A program made the translations under genes and the position numbers. Shown in pieces: positions 49,047 through 58,086 of a stretch of 64,000 bases of DNA. The number at the start of each line of letters is the position of its first letter. Position 1 is the stretch's first letter. The DNA is from a virus. Location: the UHGV virus genome UHGV-0277313; one strand, 5' to 3'. The notes under the pieces are model-generated. The model ran no database searches and was not told the origin of the DNA. It worked only from the letters and a program-made list of their open reading frames with translations.

Positions 49047-49530
49047 ATGATTGTTGGTAAAGGAAAATTTTAAAGTCCATGAAATGTTTATAAAAAAATT
49101 CGTGAAGTTGAAAAATTGTGTGCACTTTAATAATAGGTAATGATAAGTGGTGCTTTGCGATAAAAGAAATGCTTTATGATAAAAAATAAAGAAAGATTAT
49201 AATAAAAGATAACTATAATAATGGTAAAAGAAAAAGAGAGTATTATAATGGGATGAATGAAAGTTAATGTTGTGTGAGTGATGATTAGGATGGGGTGATT
49301 TTGGTATGCAGGGAAAATGATGTATGAAGTAGTGAAGATGAAGACAGTAAGAGATGAAAGATATTAGTCTGAAGAAAGGGTAAGATGATTGGGGAAATGA
49401 GTGTGGGGGTTATGTGGTGGCAAAAGGTGAAGAAGATGAAGAATATGAATAACGGCGATGTTTATGGTGTTGCATGAAAATTGGATGAATCGAAGAGTAT
49501 TGTGTATTCTATCTCGTGCCTGTTTTTCGG

Positions 49531-49559
49531 TATAACTATATTATCGAAAGGGAATAGAG
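49531..49559 (+). repeat. repeat unit ataactat(att)atcgaaagggaatagag, copy 1
   Basis: Second copy at 49743..49765. Confidence 0.6.
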
Positions 49560-49713
49560 CAGATAGGAAAACGGCAAGCGGGGCGCAAGCCCCTATACCG
49601 AAAGCCTTATTGACTATATAGGGATATATAGTAGAGTTAGGTATAAGGAAATCAGTATAACAGGCTTGATAGGTAGTTAATACCGAAAAACCCGCTTGCC
49701 GTTAAAATTCCTG

Positions 49714-49742
49714 TTGACAAGTTTCTGATTTTTTGATAGTAT
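49714..49742 (+). promoter_or_regulatory. sigma70-like promoter TTGACA-N17-TAGTAT
   Basis: Predicts a transcript starting at repeat copy 2. Confidence 0.45.
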
Positions 49743-49765
49743 ATAACTATCGAAAGGGAATAGAG
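49743..49765 (+). repeat. repeat unit, copy 2
   Basis: ataactatcgaaagggaatagag. Confidence 0.6.
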
Positions 49766-50549
49766 GATAAACAGGGATTTAAGGTATCAGAGGAAACTGG
49801 TATCATAGGTAAAGCTTTTATTAAGCATTGTTTGACATATAAGACAGTGTTTAATAAAAGCTTTATTTGTTAATGGTACGGTATCCGATACCTGATAAAC
49901 AGTTAAGCTGTTGTATCACTTGTTAATAAAGAGTGGTATAGCGGGTTAACGACCTTTAATCAGTCATTATAAAGTGGTAAAGCAAAGTAATGACGAAATG
50001 ATTAAAGGAATTATCAGGTTCACGTGTGAAAAAGAAAGCACGGCGGAACTATATACAGAATAAATAAAGTGAATGAAATGTCGTTTCAATTTTGTTGAGT
50101 TTAGAAACGACTGAAAACTTTAATCTTAAAATCAATTAAGGTTAAAGTGAAACAATCTATATTATTTAATATAGATTTAAACAGTTAAGGCAAGACTGAA
50201 AAGAAATGCCTTGATAGGTAATAACTCAACGGGATCAAATTCCCTTAATGAAAATAGATGAATTAAAAATAGTTTGTTTATTTTTCGTTAAGGGTGAAAA
50301 TACGGTGGTGAGCCAATCGACAAAAAGTTTCACGACCGTAAAACAAACCGTCTGAAATGGTTTGGATTTGTCTAGGTCAGTTTACTGATTTGAACTCACT
50401 CCTGCTTTAAGTGTATGTGAGAAGTAGGCTGTGGAACAAATCTGTATTGAAATAGATTACTCTAAGTCATTTCAGATATTTTAAGAACAGATTGGAATAA
50501 ACTAAAATAGAATGAAATGGTTTATTCCGAAACAAGAAAGGAAAAGAAA

Positions 50550-50963
50550 ATGATTAGAAACTTCACGCCGCATAAAATCAATCTGTTCGCCGAAGACGGC
50601 AGAATATTGAAAGTATTCGAGCCGGAAGGGCTTGCAAGGGCGGAACAAAAGGCCATCATCGTTGACGAAATTCAATTCGGGAACGACATTGTTCCCGTCA
50701 AAAAGATGATTTTCGGGAGCGTCGAAGGACTTCCCGAAACGGCGGGAGAATACGATAAATTTATCGTGTCGTCCATCGCCGCACAGGCGGCGATGGAGAC
50801 GAACCATCCGTTGAAAAATCAGCTCTTGGTCGTTGCAGACCCTGTTCGCAACGAAGACGGACAAATTATAGGCTGTAAAGCCTTTTCGACTTTCCGAGAT
50901 GAGAATGATCTCGGCGAGATTATGAGCTTGGCTAACAAGCTCAACGACAAATACGCTCGGTAA
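50550..50963 (+). CDS. hypothetical protein (first gene of the higher-GC module)
   Basis: SD AAGGAAA upstream of MIRNF. Confidence 0.55.
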   Translation: MIRNFTPHKINLFAEDGRILKVFEPEGLARAEQKAIIVDEIQFGNDIVPVKKMIFGSVEGLPETAGEYDKFIVSSIAAQAAMETNHPLKNQLLVVADPVRNEDGQIIGCKAFSTFRDENDLGEIMSLANKLNDKYAR

Positions 50964-50970
50964 TATTAGA

Positions 50971-51010
50971 TTTAACAAGGTGGGAGTTGTCCAGATTCCC
51001 ACCCTTTAAA
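50971..51010 (+). promoter_or_regulatory. conserved intergenic stem-loop element, copy 1
   Basis: TTTAACAAG, then stem ggtggga ... tcccacc, then CTTTAAA. Confidence 0.55.
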
Positions 51011-51054
51011 TCTATTCCACAGTGGGGTGGATCCAACCAGAAAGGGAAAATAAT

Positions 51055-51348
51055 ATGACAATCAAAAAAGAAAAAAATTTCACCGTCACCGTAACTTACT
51101 TCAATGATTATAAAGGGGAATGGGTGACTGTTCCCCTGTCCGAAGCCCCGGACGAGTTGATAAACCCGTCTGCAACCGTGGCAGATATTGCCAATATGCA
51201 CGCTGAAATGCGTGCAAGTTTAAAGGCGTTGTACGACGCCTACGATGAAATGGAGCAAATAGAGTATCAGGAATGGTACTCTGAACAACAGGCGGCGGCG
51301 CAGAAAGCCGCCGAAATAGAAATGGCGTACAAACAAAGGTACGCCTAA
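51055..51348 (+). CDS. hypothetical protein
   Basis: RBS AGGGAAAA. Confidence 0.5.
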   Translation: MTIKKEKNFTVTVTYFNDYKGEWVTVPLSEAPDELINPSATVADIANMHAEMRASLKALYDAYDEMEQIEYQEWYSEQQAAAQKAAEIEMAYKQRYA

Positions 51349-51398
51349 ATGTTAATGATAGGACAAGATTGGACAGAAATTGTTTAGTCTTGCCCTAT

Positions 51399-51449
51399 CT
51401 AGTTTCATTTAGTGTAACTAGTTTTTATAATTGCACTAAATGAAACTAG
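51399..51449 (+). promoter_or_regulatory. 16-bp perfect inverted repeat (operator-like) flanking a TATAAT hexamer
   Basis: ctagtttcatttagtg - N19 containing TATAAT - cactaaatgaaactag. Confidence 0.55.
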
Positions 51450-51484
51450 ATCAGAGTGATCTAGTACAGCAAGGAGTTGCAAAA

Positions 51485-51832
51485 ATGAAAGCACAAAATT
51501 ACACATATAGAACGCCGTTCGGAGACGAACTGGCGATCATAACAGGAAAATCAGCAGCACGGGGACGTGATAACCTTCGCAACACCCGCAAAGCCCTAGC
51601 AGCTGCAAACGATATCATATCCACTTTACAAGCGGATGTTAAAGAAAGGCACGCTTGTACAGTTCGTTTGCGTCTTCGCAAGAACAAAGAAATTGCCAGT
51701 TTGTTGGCAGAGGTTGCCAGTTTGAAAGCTGAAAATGAAGCTTTGAAAGATGCGGCGGAGATGTGGCAAACTATTGCCAAATCGAGTGTGACGGCATCTG
51801 GAGAGCTGTTGGATGCTCTCGAAAATGACTAG
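51485..51832 (+). CDS. hypothetical coiled-coil protein
   Basis: SD AAGGAG. LKAENEALKD coiled coil. Confidence 0.55.
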   Translation: MKAQNYTYRTPFGDELAIITGKSAARGRDNLRNTRKALAAANDIISTLQADVKERHACTVRLRLRKNKEIASLLAEVASLKAENEALKDAAEMWQTIAKSSVTASGELLDALEND

Positions 51833-51835
51833 ATT

Positions 51836-51880
51836 GAATTTAACAAGATGGGGATTTGAATAAGATCCCCATCCTTTAAG
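51836..51880 (+). promoter_or_regulatory. conserved intergenic stem-loop element, copy 2
   Basis: TTTAACAAG, stem gatggggat/atccccatc, then CTTTAAG. Confidence 0.55.
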
Positions 51881-51904
51881 TTCAACTAATGAAAGGAAAC
51901 AGAA

Positions 51905-52198
51905 ATGAATATGGAAAAATACAACTATCGTTTCGGGGCAACAATGACCGAGATTATCAAAAATCTCGGTGTTGAAACGGCATTGCCAAACCCTGATTTG
52001 TCTCTGACGAACTTGACACGTGCTGTCAAGACGCACGTGCTTCAAACGCTTGAAAAAGACGGAAAGCAATACGTTATCGTCTCTGATTGCGGCGAGTATG
52101 CTATCGCCGAAATTAAGGCGATTGGTTCTGCGGAAGATGTTGCCAAATTCGTCAAAGAAAATGACTTGGGAGAGGAGTTGATCTCCGAAGTCATTTAA
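51905..52198 (+). CDS. hypothetical protein
   Basis: SD AAAGGAAA. Confidence 0.55.
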   Translation: MNMEKYNYRFGATMTEIIKNLGVETALPNPDLSLTNLTRAVKTHVLQTLEKDGKQYVIVSDCGEYAIAEIKAIGSAEDVAKFVKENDLGEELISEVI

Positions 52199-52202
52199 TC
52201 AG

Positions 52203-52247
52203 CTTAACAAGGTGGAATTGAATTTGATTTAGTTCCACTCTTTAAAC
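52203..52247 (+). promoter_or_regulatory. conserved intergenic stem-loop element, copy 3
   Basis: CTTAACAAG, stem ggtggaa/ttccact, then CTTTAAAC. Confidence 0.5.
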
Positions 52248-52272
52248 TGATTTTTAATTAGGGGGTGCGCAA

Positions 52273-52476
52273 ATGATAAAAAAGATCTTGAAGTTTATGA
52301 ATGATGAAATGATGATCCGTTATGACATAATGTATCCCATAGAATATGGGTACATTGAGAACGGTAAAGTGATATGTTCGAAATGGCGTGCACGGCGTCG
52401 TTTGGTCATTGATTGGTTTTTCGACGTGTGGATGAAAGGCCTTTCTGCTTACTCTTTGAAGAAAGTTGAGGAGTGA
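52273..52476 (+). CDS. hypothetical protein
   Basis: RBS GGGGGTG. Confidence 0.5.
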   Translation: MIKKILKFMNDEMMIRYDIMYPIEYGYIENGKVICSKWRARRRLVIDWFFDVWMKGLSAYSLKKVEE

Positions 52477-52481
52477 TTAAA

Positions 52482-52751
52482 ATGAAGCAATTCGAAATAA
52501 AGATTGTCAATGAACTTTGTGGTGTGCCAGACGAGATGTCGCCTGATACATCACTGACAGCATCACTAAAAGTTGCTATTAACTTTTACGAATGCATTGT
52601 GGAATATCTGTATTTTTCCTATATGCGATTGGAGAATTCGAATTTTCTGAAACGTCCGTGGTGGATGTTTTGGAAAAGTAAAGAAGAATACTTTCGGGAA
52701 CAATACATTCTCGATCGTAAAAGAAGAGGATTAGATCGAAATGCTTTATAG
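52482..52751 (+). CDS. hypothetical protein
   Basis: SD GAGGAG. Confidence 0.5.
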   Translation: MKQFEIKIVNELCGVPDEMSPDTSLTASLKVAINFYECIVEYLYFSYMRLENSNFLKRPWWMFWKSKEEYFREQYILDRKRRGLDRNAL

Positions 52752-52968
52752 TCTTCTTTTAATTGCGGTTGTTTTGTCAACGACTGCCTTTGTGTGTTAC
52801 AGTATGATTTCTGATTTTATTCAGAAACCGTACAGAAAAGAAAATTCGGGGAAAGTTTTGGTTGACAGAAGTTATTTCCCCGAAAAACGAACCGTTCGTC
52901 CTGAATTGGTCGCCTTGGCAAAAAGGTTGTCGATTGAGGATGAACTTGATTACAGAAGATGGAAATGA
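52741..52968 (+). CDS. small membrane protein
   Basis: TM segment LLLIAVVLSTTAFVCY. Confidence 0.45.
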   Translation: MLYSLLLIAVVLSTTAFVCYSMISDFIQKPYRKENSGKVLVDRSYFPEKRTVRPELVALAKRLSIEDELDYRRWK

Positions 52969-53057
52969 ATGCTTCTGTAATAGTTGTCACTGAATTTGGT
53001 GTGCTAAATAGTAAGTGAGGAAAATTCTTCCTTACTTTACTTTTAAGGAGAAAGAAA

Positions 53058-53249
53058 ATGGTGAAATTCAAGAATACAAAATTTGTTAATTGGTGTTATT
53101 ATCACTGGAAACAGTTGAGGGGCACATTAACAAAGACAGACATCGCTGTTCATTGTGCTATTTTCAATAACCAAAAAGTTGTTGAATTGCACGCGGCTCA
53201 ATTGAAACCGTCTGATTATACAGGCGTTGTGAAAAGAGGTGTAAGATGA
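53058..53249 (+). CDS. hypothetical protein
   Basis: SD AAGGAG. Confidence 0.5.
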   Translation: MVKFKNTKFVNWCYYHWKQLRGTLTKTDIAVHCAIFNNQKVVELHAAQLKPSDYTGVVKRGVR

Positions 53250-53464
53250 GTAGTTTTATCAAAATCGACTATGGTATCGTGAGAAAAGAATCGATTTCTG
53301 GTTTAACAAGGGCAAAGGGACAATACCCTTGGAACGGGAAGACGCACTGGGACATCGAAGTGCATCTTCAAGGCACAAAAGTGTGTTTGGAATTTGATTC
53401 GGAATTTGAACGAAACACGGAGTTCAGCCGAATTGCAAACGAACTCAAAAAAGAGGGTGATTAA
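53246..53464 (+). CDS. hypothetical protein
   Basis: Overlapping start and stop. Confidence 0.5.
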   Translation: MSSFIKIDYGIVRKESISGLTRAKGQYPWNGKTHWDIEVHLQGTKVCLEFDSEFERNTEFSRIANELKKEGD

Positions 53465-53465
53465 A

Positions 53466-53978
53466 ATGGCCAAACAAATTGAAGATTACACAGCGGATGA
53501 ACTGTCCGCGAAGATTAAGGCGATTAAGGCGGAACGCGAACGCACGGCAAATGCACTCAAGCGATATGAGGAAGAACTGGAACGGAGGAAAAACAAAAAC
53601 TGGCTTCCGTTGAAAGAAGAAGTTAACTTTACCATAAATAAGCTAACCCTTAGTACAGCTTGTATCGAAATAAAAGTTCGAGAAGGATTTTATGATGAAG
53701 ATTCGTTTCATAAATATCTTTCCGCCTTAAAATCCATTAGAAAGGCGTGGTTTGCTAATTCTAAAGGCGAACCGATTGATATTGAAGTTTTGAAGCCGTT
53801 ATTGCGGAAAGGCTGGGTTGCAATGGATAAAGACGGGGGTTGGTATTGGTATGAAAAAAAGCCGCGTAGATCGTATGCCAATTGGGGGACTGGGATTTGC
53901 CTTTCTAGAACTCTGGAAGGTTTCAATATCAAACCCGTAGAAAATTGGGAAAACAGTTTGCAGGAGTGTGGGTCATGA
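53466..53978 (+). CDS. hypothetical protein
   Basis: SD AGAGGGTG upstream of MAKQIEDY. Confidence 0.55.
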   Translation: MAKQIEDYTADELSAKIKAIKAERERTANALKRYEEELERRKNKNWLPLKEEVNFTINKLTLSTACIEIKVREGFYDEDSFHKYLSALKSIRKAWFANSKGEPIDIEVLKPLLRKGWVAMDKDGGWYWYEKKPRRSYANWGTGICLSRTLEGFNIKPVENWENSLQECGS

Positions 53979-54220
53979 AAAAAGATGAAAAGATATTCCT
54001 GCAAGCACGAAACCAAAAGAAGATGAAGCTTAACAAATGGTGGAAAAAGCTTCTGGAAAAATACCCTTTTATGGGATATGAACATGGAAGCATGAAATAT
54101 CTTTCTATAATGGGAAAAGATACAGGGCTTAAAATAAATTCACCAAGGTTGATTAAAAAGAACATCCTGAAACGGTCAAACGACCAAACCAAGTGGATTG
54201 TAGGAGGTGGGAATGAATAA
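53975..54220 (+). CDS. hypothetical protein
   Basis: SD AGGAG, ATGA overlap. Confidence 0.5.
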   Translation: MKKDEKIFLQARNQKKMKLNKWWKKLLEKYPFMGYEHGSMKYLSIMGKDTGLKINSPRLIKKNILKRSNDQTKWIVGGGNE

Positions 54221-54461
54221 TCCTATAATCATTGACGTTGAATGGAGAGAAGTTTCCTGTTCAACGGAAGCGGTTATTGAACCGAAAGTAATGGTTCAGA
54301 AACAAAAGTGGAACAAGGTGGATAAAGTGATATTCACCTTGTTTTATTCAGAAATCGCCTTTATTGTTCTGCGGTTCATGTATGAGTGTTATACAAATTA
54401 CATGTTCTGGTCTGAACATGGTGGTGTAACTTTACATAAGGTGTTCTTTGGAATGCCTTAA
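54213..54461 (+). CDS. hypothetical protein
   Basis: SD AGGAGGTG. Confidence 0.5.
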   Translation: MNNPIIIDVEWREVSCSTEAVIEPKVMVQKQKWNKVDKVIFTLFYSEIAFIVLRFMYECYTNYMFWSEHGGVTLHKVFFGMP

Positions 54462-54471
54462 GGAGAAAACA

Positions 54472-55275
54472 ATGTTAACTATTGAAAAATTGAAAAAAAT
54501 CGCATCCACATGTCCTTATGGTGGTTGGTTGGCAGTAACCGAAGGTACTGGTGAACTTGTGTGGTCATGGTTTAAAAGAAAACCGTATTTTAACGGTGAT
54601 GCTTGGGTGCGAGACGAAGATGAAGACGTAGAATGCTGTGAAGTATTTGATTGGCTCAACGAGCAGGGTGTAAAGTGGCATCAACTTGATGACTTGCTCG
54701 ACTTGATTGATACATCACCGGAAAGCGTTTGCATCAAGTGTGGAACTGCTAAAAAACAAAAACCTTTTAAACCGATTATAGACAAATTGAAACCGGAGAT
54801 AAAAGATGGCTTTCTGTGTGATGACGGTAAGAACATTTATTGGTCACCGGGTAATTTTGGTTTCGAAATCGCAGACCAAAATTTGGCATTCCCTGAAAAT
54901 GAATTCGTTTTCAAATTGGTGAAAAAACCTAAGGGGACGAAATATTGTCATACAAAAGAAAAGACGGTGATGATGTGCAGGGGCAATGGTTACCGTACTG
55001 TATATTTGTTCTCAACATTTAAAATGTTTGAGACAAATCTTTGCGAACAAAAGGTGTCGTTTGACGATTTGAATAAAGACTTCGCAAAAATTGAAAAAGG
55101 CACGGTAAGTTTTGCAAAGGTGTACCGTGATTACGGAACGTGGGGGTCTCCGAAATGGGTCGAGTGTAATAAAGAAGATTACATTCGCATTGTTAAAGAT
55201 TTTGACGAGTACAGCAAAACTTGGAAAGCAAAATACGACGAAGACCAAAAACAGTTAAAACTGGTTCACTTGTAA
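54472..55275 (+). CDS. hypothetical protein (Cys-rich)
   Basis: SD AAGGAG. Confidence 0.55.
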   Translation: MLTIEKLKKIASTCPYGGWLAVTEGTGELVWSWFKRKPYFNGDAWVRDEDEDVECCEVFDWLNEQGVKWHQLDDLLDLIDTSPESVCIKCGTAKKQKPFKPIIDKLKPEIKDGFLCDDGKNIYWSPGNFGFEIADQNLAFPENEFVFKLVKKPKGTKYCHTKEKTVMMCRGNGYRTVYLFSTFKMFETNLCEQKVSFDDLNKDFAKIEKGTVSFAKVYRDYGTWGSPKWVECNKEDYIRIVKDFDEYSKTWKAKYDEDQKQLKLVHL

Positions 55276-55297
55276 CAACAAAGGAGAAAAACGAGAG

Positions 55298-55678
55298 ATG
55301 TTAGAAAAAATCAAAAAAGAGATGGGTTTCGAATTCATGGATTTGGAACCCTTGTTCTACGAGGCTGTCTTAAGCCTTGAATTCGTACCGAACCCGTATG
55401 GCATTGTACGGGTGTTAAGTGCGCTCGACATGAAAAACATCTGCACGTGGGCGGACAGATGGATTGAGGGCATCGAGGAATTCAATCAATACCGCGAAAA
55501 AAAGTACGCGGCAAACACCTTGGAAAAGTTCAAGACGTTTGCCGAAATGTTGTATTCGGAACTGGAGAGCGACAGTGAAAAGAAGACGTATTTTATTTAT
55601 ACGCCTTCTGAAGAAGCAATCAATGCGTTCAAAAAAGAAAACGGGATTGCCGAAGACGACGACGGACTTCAGTGGTAA
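55298..55678 (+). CDS. hypothetical protein
   Basis: SD AAAGGAG. Confidence 0.55.
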   Translation: MLEKIKKEMGFEFMDLEPLFYEAVLSLEFVPNPYGIVRVLSALDMKNICTWADRWIEGIEEFNQYREKKYAANTLEKFKTFAEMLYSELESDSEKKTYFIYTPSEEAINAFKKENGIAEDDDGLQW

Positions 55679-55722
55679 ATTTAACAAGAAGTGCATTGGG
55701 GTTACTGATGCACTTCCTTTAA
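55678..55722 (+). promoter_or_regulatory. conserved intergenic stem-loop element, copy 4
   Basis: TTTAACAAG, stem gaagtgcat/atgcacttc, then CTTTAAG. Confidence 0.55.
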
Positions 55723-55751
55723 GTTTACAACATCAACAAAGGAGAAAGATC

Positions 55752-55973
55752 ATGAAACGTATGGGTCGTGAATTTTACAGAACGGGAAAAATCGAAGCAC
55801 AGAATGATGTGCTGAAAGGACGGTATGCGATTTATAAAACCCGTCAAGGGTTGGAAATCGTTTTTCATGAGTCGTATCGTGCGGACATTATGTCTGACAT
55901 TGAACGACAGATTGAAAAGAACCCGCGCGGAACGTGGTATTGTGAAAAGAAATATCACGTACTCAAGAAGTGA
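55752..55973 (+). CDS. small hypothetical protein
   Basis: SD AAAGGAG. An internal start is chosen within the longer frame. Confidence 0.5.
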   Translation: MKRMGREFYRTGKIEAQNDVLKGRYAIYKTRQGLEIVFHESYRADIMSDIERQIEKNPRGTWYCEKKYHVLKK

Positions 55974-56043
55974 AATTATAAAGAAGACATCTGAAATATG
56001 GTGTCTTCCTATAATTTCACTTGACAAGGAAAGGAGTAAGACG

Positions 56044-56214
56044 ATGAAAAAACAATTTCACAGATTACTTCTGACAAAGAGTCAGATGGAAAAACAAGCT
56101 AGACTGTATGCTGAACAGTTTGGCGATGATTATGATGAAGCTTTTGACGAGATGATAAAGTCTTGCCAAAAGTATAACAAATTTATTCTAGAAGGGAGTA
56201 AATGTGATGAATGA
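56044..56214 (+). CDS. small hypothetical protein
   Basis: SD GGAAAGGAG. Confidence 0.5.
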   Translation: MKKQFHRLLLTKSQMEKQARLYAEQFGDDYDEAFDEMIKSCQKYNKFILEGSKCDE

Positions 56215-56380
56215 GAAGGAAAGAATTTTCAGTCGTCTTAAACCGATTTCCTGCGTTGTCATGCTGATAGGTTTTATTCCTGCAATGATAACAGCTTTTG
56301 GCGACACGTATCTGACTTTTGTTGATTACGTGTCAGCGTTCGGTGGGTTCTTCGGAGCCTGTCTTATTAATGAAATTTAG
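56207..56380 (+). CDS. small membrane protein (57 aa)
   Basis: Unlisted ORF MNEKERIFSRLKPISCVVMLIGFIPAMITAFGDTYLTFVDYVSAFGGFFGACLINEI with SD GGGAG. Confidence 0.4.
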   Translation: MNEKERIFSRLKPISCVVMLIGFIPAMITAFGDTYLTFVDYVSAFGGFFGACLINEI

Positions 56381-56389
56381 GAGGAAGAA

Positions 56390-57049
56390 ATGAGTGTTAG
56401 CTTCGGGACAAAGTACGAACGCGAATTTACGGAACTGCAAATGGACGAAACCGGAGGGTTGCCCAAAGAAAAGTTCGAAAAGTTGTATAAAAACAATAAA
56501 CCGTCTGTACGGTATTTTTTATATCGTGCATACGGTTTGATGAAGAAAGCAAACGAAGCCTTTGCTGTTTCGTCGTGTGTGTCGAAAGCGACGAAAGACA
56601 AATCCAAAAAAATATGTTCGGAAGTCAGAGAATGTCTGATAAATATGTTGGTAGAGTGTGACGAAATGGAAAGATTTTTCGACACTGTAAAAACATATGG
56701 CGACATGCTGAAGAGCAATGCCGGATTTGTTAAAATCAGGACAGAGAATGATTTACGTTCAGTTTGTAATGATCATTCTGTGTTTTTTACAACGGACATG
56801 GAAAAGGCATGGTCTTTCTGGGAAAGAAAACAAAGTCTTGAACATTTTAAAGACACTTGTTACAACTCAAAAGAAATGCTCAATTTCTTTAAAGAGTTGG
56901 AACAGTCTTCGAGTGATACAGAGGTTAAGAAACATGCGAAACGTCTGTATGAAACAATCGAAGAACAGTTGAGGTTTTTCAAGGTATGTTATGGTGAGAC
57001 GTACCTTGATAACGCAAAAACTTTTGTCATATTTAACAAAGGAGAATGA
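56390..57049 (+). CDS. hypothetical protein
   Basis: SD AGGAGGAAG. Confidence 0.55.
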   Translation: MSVSFGTKYEREFTELQMDETGGLPKEKFEKLYKNNKPSVRYFLYRAYGLMKKANEAFAVSSCVSKATKDKSKKICSEVRECLINMLVECDEMERFFDTVKTYGDMLKSNAGFVKIRTENDLRSVCNDHSVFFTTDMEKAWSFWERKQSLEHFKDTCYNSKEMLNFFKELEQSSSDTEVKKHAKRLYETIEEQLRFFKVCYGETYLDNAKTFVIFNKGE

Positions 57050-57051
57050 CA

Positions 57052-57201
57052 ATGGAACCGAAACATGTTTCTAAAGGCATGAATGCCTATTTGGCCGAAA
57101 TGTTCAATAAGTGGGAAAGTGAAAACACACCCGCTTGGCAAAACAAAGAAATCCGCAAAAGCATTCTGGAATGGCGTGAAAAACATCCGGAATTGAAGTG
57201 A
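57052..57201 (+). CDS. small hypothetical protein (49 aa)
   Basis: Unlisted ORF MEPKHVSKGMNAYLAEMFNKWESENTPAWQNKEIRKSILEWREKHPELK with SD AAGGAG. Confidence 0.4.
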   Translation: MEPKHVSKGMNAYLAEMFNKWESENTPAWQNKEIRKSILEWREKHPELK

Positions 57202-57208
57202 GGGTAAA

Positions 57209-57919
57209 ATGGGAGAAACAGAAACAAAAACAAACACAAGATATAATCGTTCGGGTATTGAAACATATCTGAAACGAAATAAAGTGTTGCCGACAAAAAT
57301 CGGTTTTAAGGATTGTACCTTGACCGATGAAGACGTGGAACTTGTGAAAGGTCATAAGTTCGAGTCTGTCACTTTAAAAGATTGTCATATTCCAAGATTA
57401 TCAATGTTACCGAGATCTGAACAATACGTATTCAAGTATTCGGTTATTGATGAATACGACAGTCTTGCATTGACAAGTGAAAAACGAAGATTGGTTAAGT
57501 TTGACACTTGTCCGACAGTTATTCCGCATCTGAAGTGGTTGAAAGATTGGTTTCATATGTTGTTAATTATTGAAACACCGATCTTGACCGCAGATGGTTT
57601 GGAAAACATAACGTTGAAGTACAACAACGAAATTGCACTGATGGAATATACCTATTGGGACGCTTTTTATGTTTCAACATGTACGAAAGGTTTCGTACAG
57701 TCTGTGTTGGATCATTTACCCAAAGGTATTGTTCCTGATTACGACAACATGTACTTGCCCGTGACAAAGAAGACTTACTTGTATGATGGTGACGGTGTCT
57801 TTGCAACACACGTTCACATCGGCGCAAAAGATTGTGTGAAGTTACGGAACAAGTTGCAAAAAGCCTTGTCGAACATTGCAAACGGAAGATTAGGAGAGAA
57901 CAGTCTAGAAAGGATCTGA
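57209..57919 (+). CDS. hypothetical protein
   Basis: ORF. Confidence 0.55.
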   Translation: MGETETKTNTRYNRSGIETYLKRNKVLPTKIGFKDCTLTDEDVELVKGHKFESVTLKDCHIPRLSMLPRSEQYVFKYSVIDEYDSLALTSEKRRLVKFDTCPTVIPHLKWLKDWFHMLLIIETPILTADGLENITLKYNNEIALMEYTYWDAFYVSTCTKGFVQSVLDHLPKGIVPDYDNMYLPVTKKTYLYDGDGVFATHVHIGAKDCVKLRNKLQKALSNIANGRLGENSLERI

Positions 57920-58086
57920 AAAATGATAACACTGATGATTGTGTTGTTATACCGTTACACAACTATGTCAGGATTTATGGCAACCGTCTTAACGGTATGT
58001 TTGTGTTCATATCCGTCGTCTTTGGTGACTTTAGCTATTTTGACAATAGTTCCCAAAGACGACTTTTTTAATGAAGGAGAAAGAAA

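Noticed and set aside
49081-50516. tRNA gene cluster in the ORF-free region
   Set aside because: No GTTCGAATCC-like T-arm or cloverleaf-compatible acceptor stems were seen by eye. tRNAscan-SE is still required to be sure.
50971-51010. Reading the conserved TTTAACAAG...CTTTAAA elements as sigma70 promoters
   Set aside because: The spacing between the TTAACA-like and TTTAAA-like hexamers is about 27 nt, too long for a sigma70 promoter. The conserved pairing of the intervening stems argues for an RNA-structure role instead.
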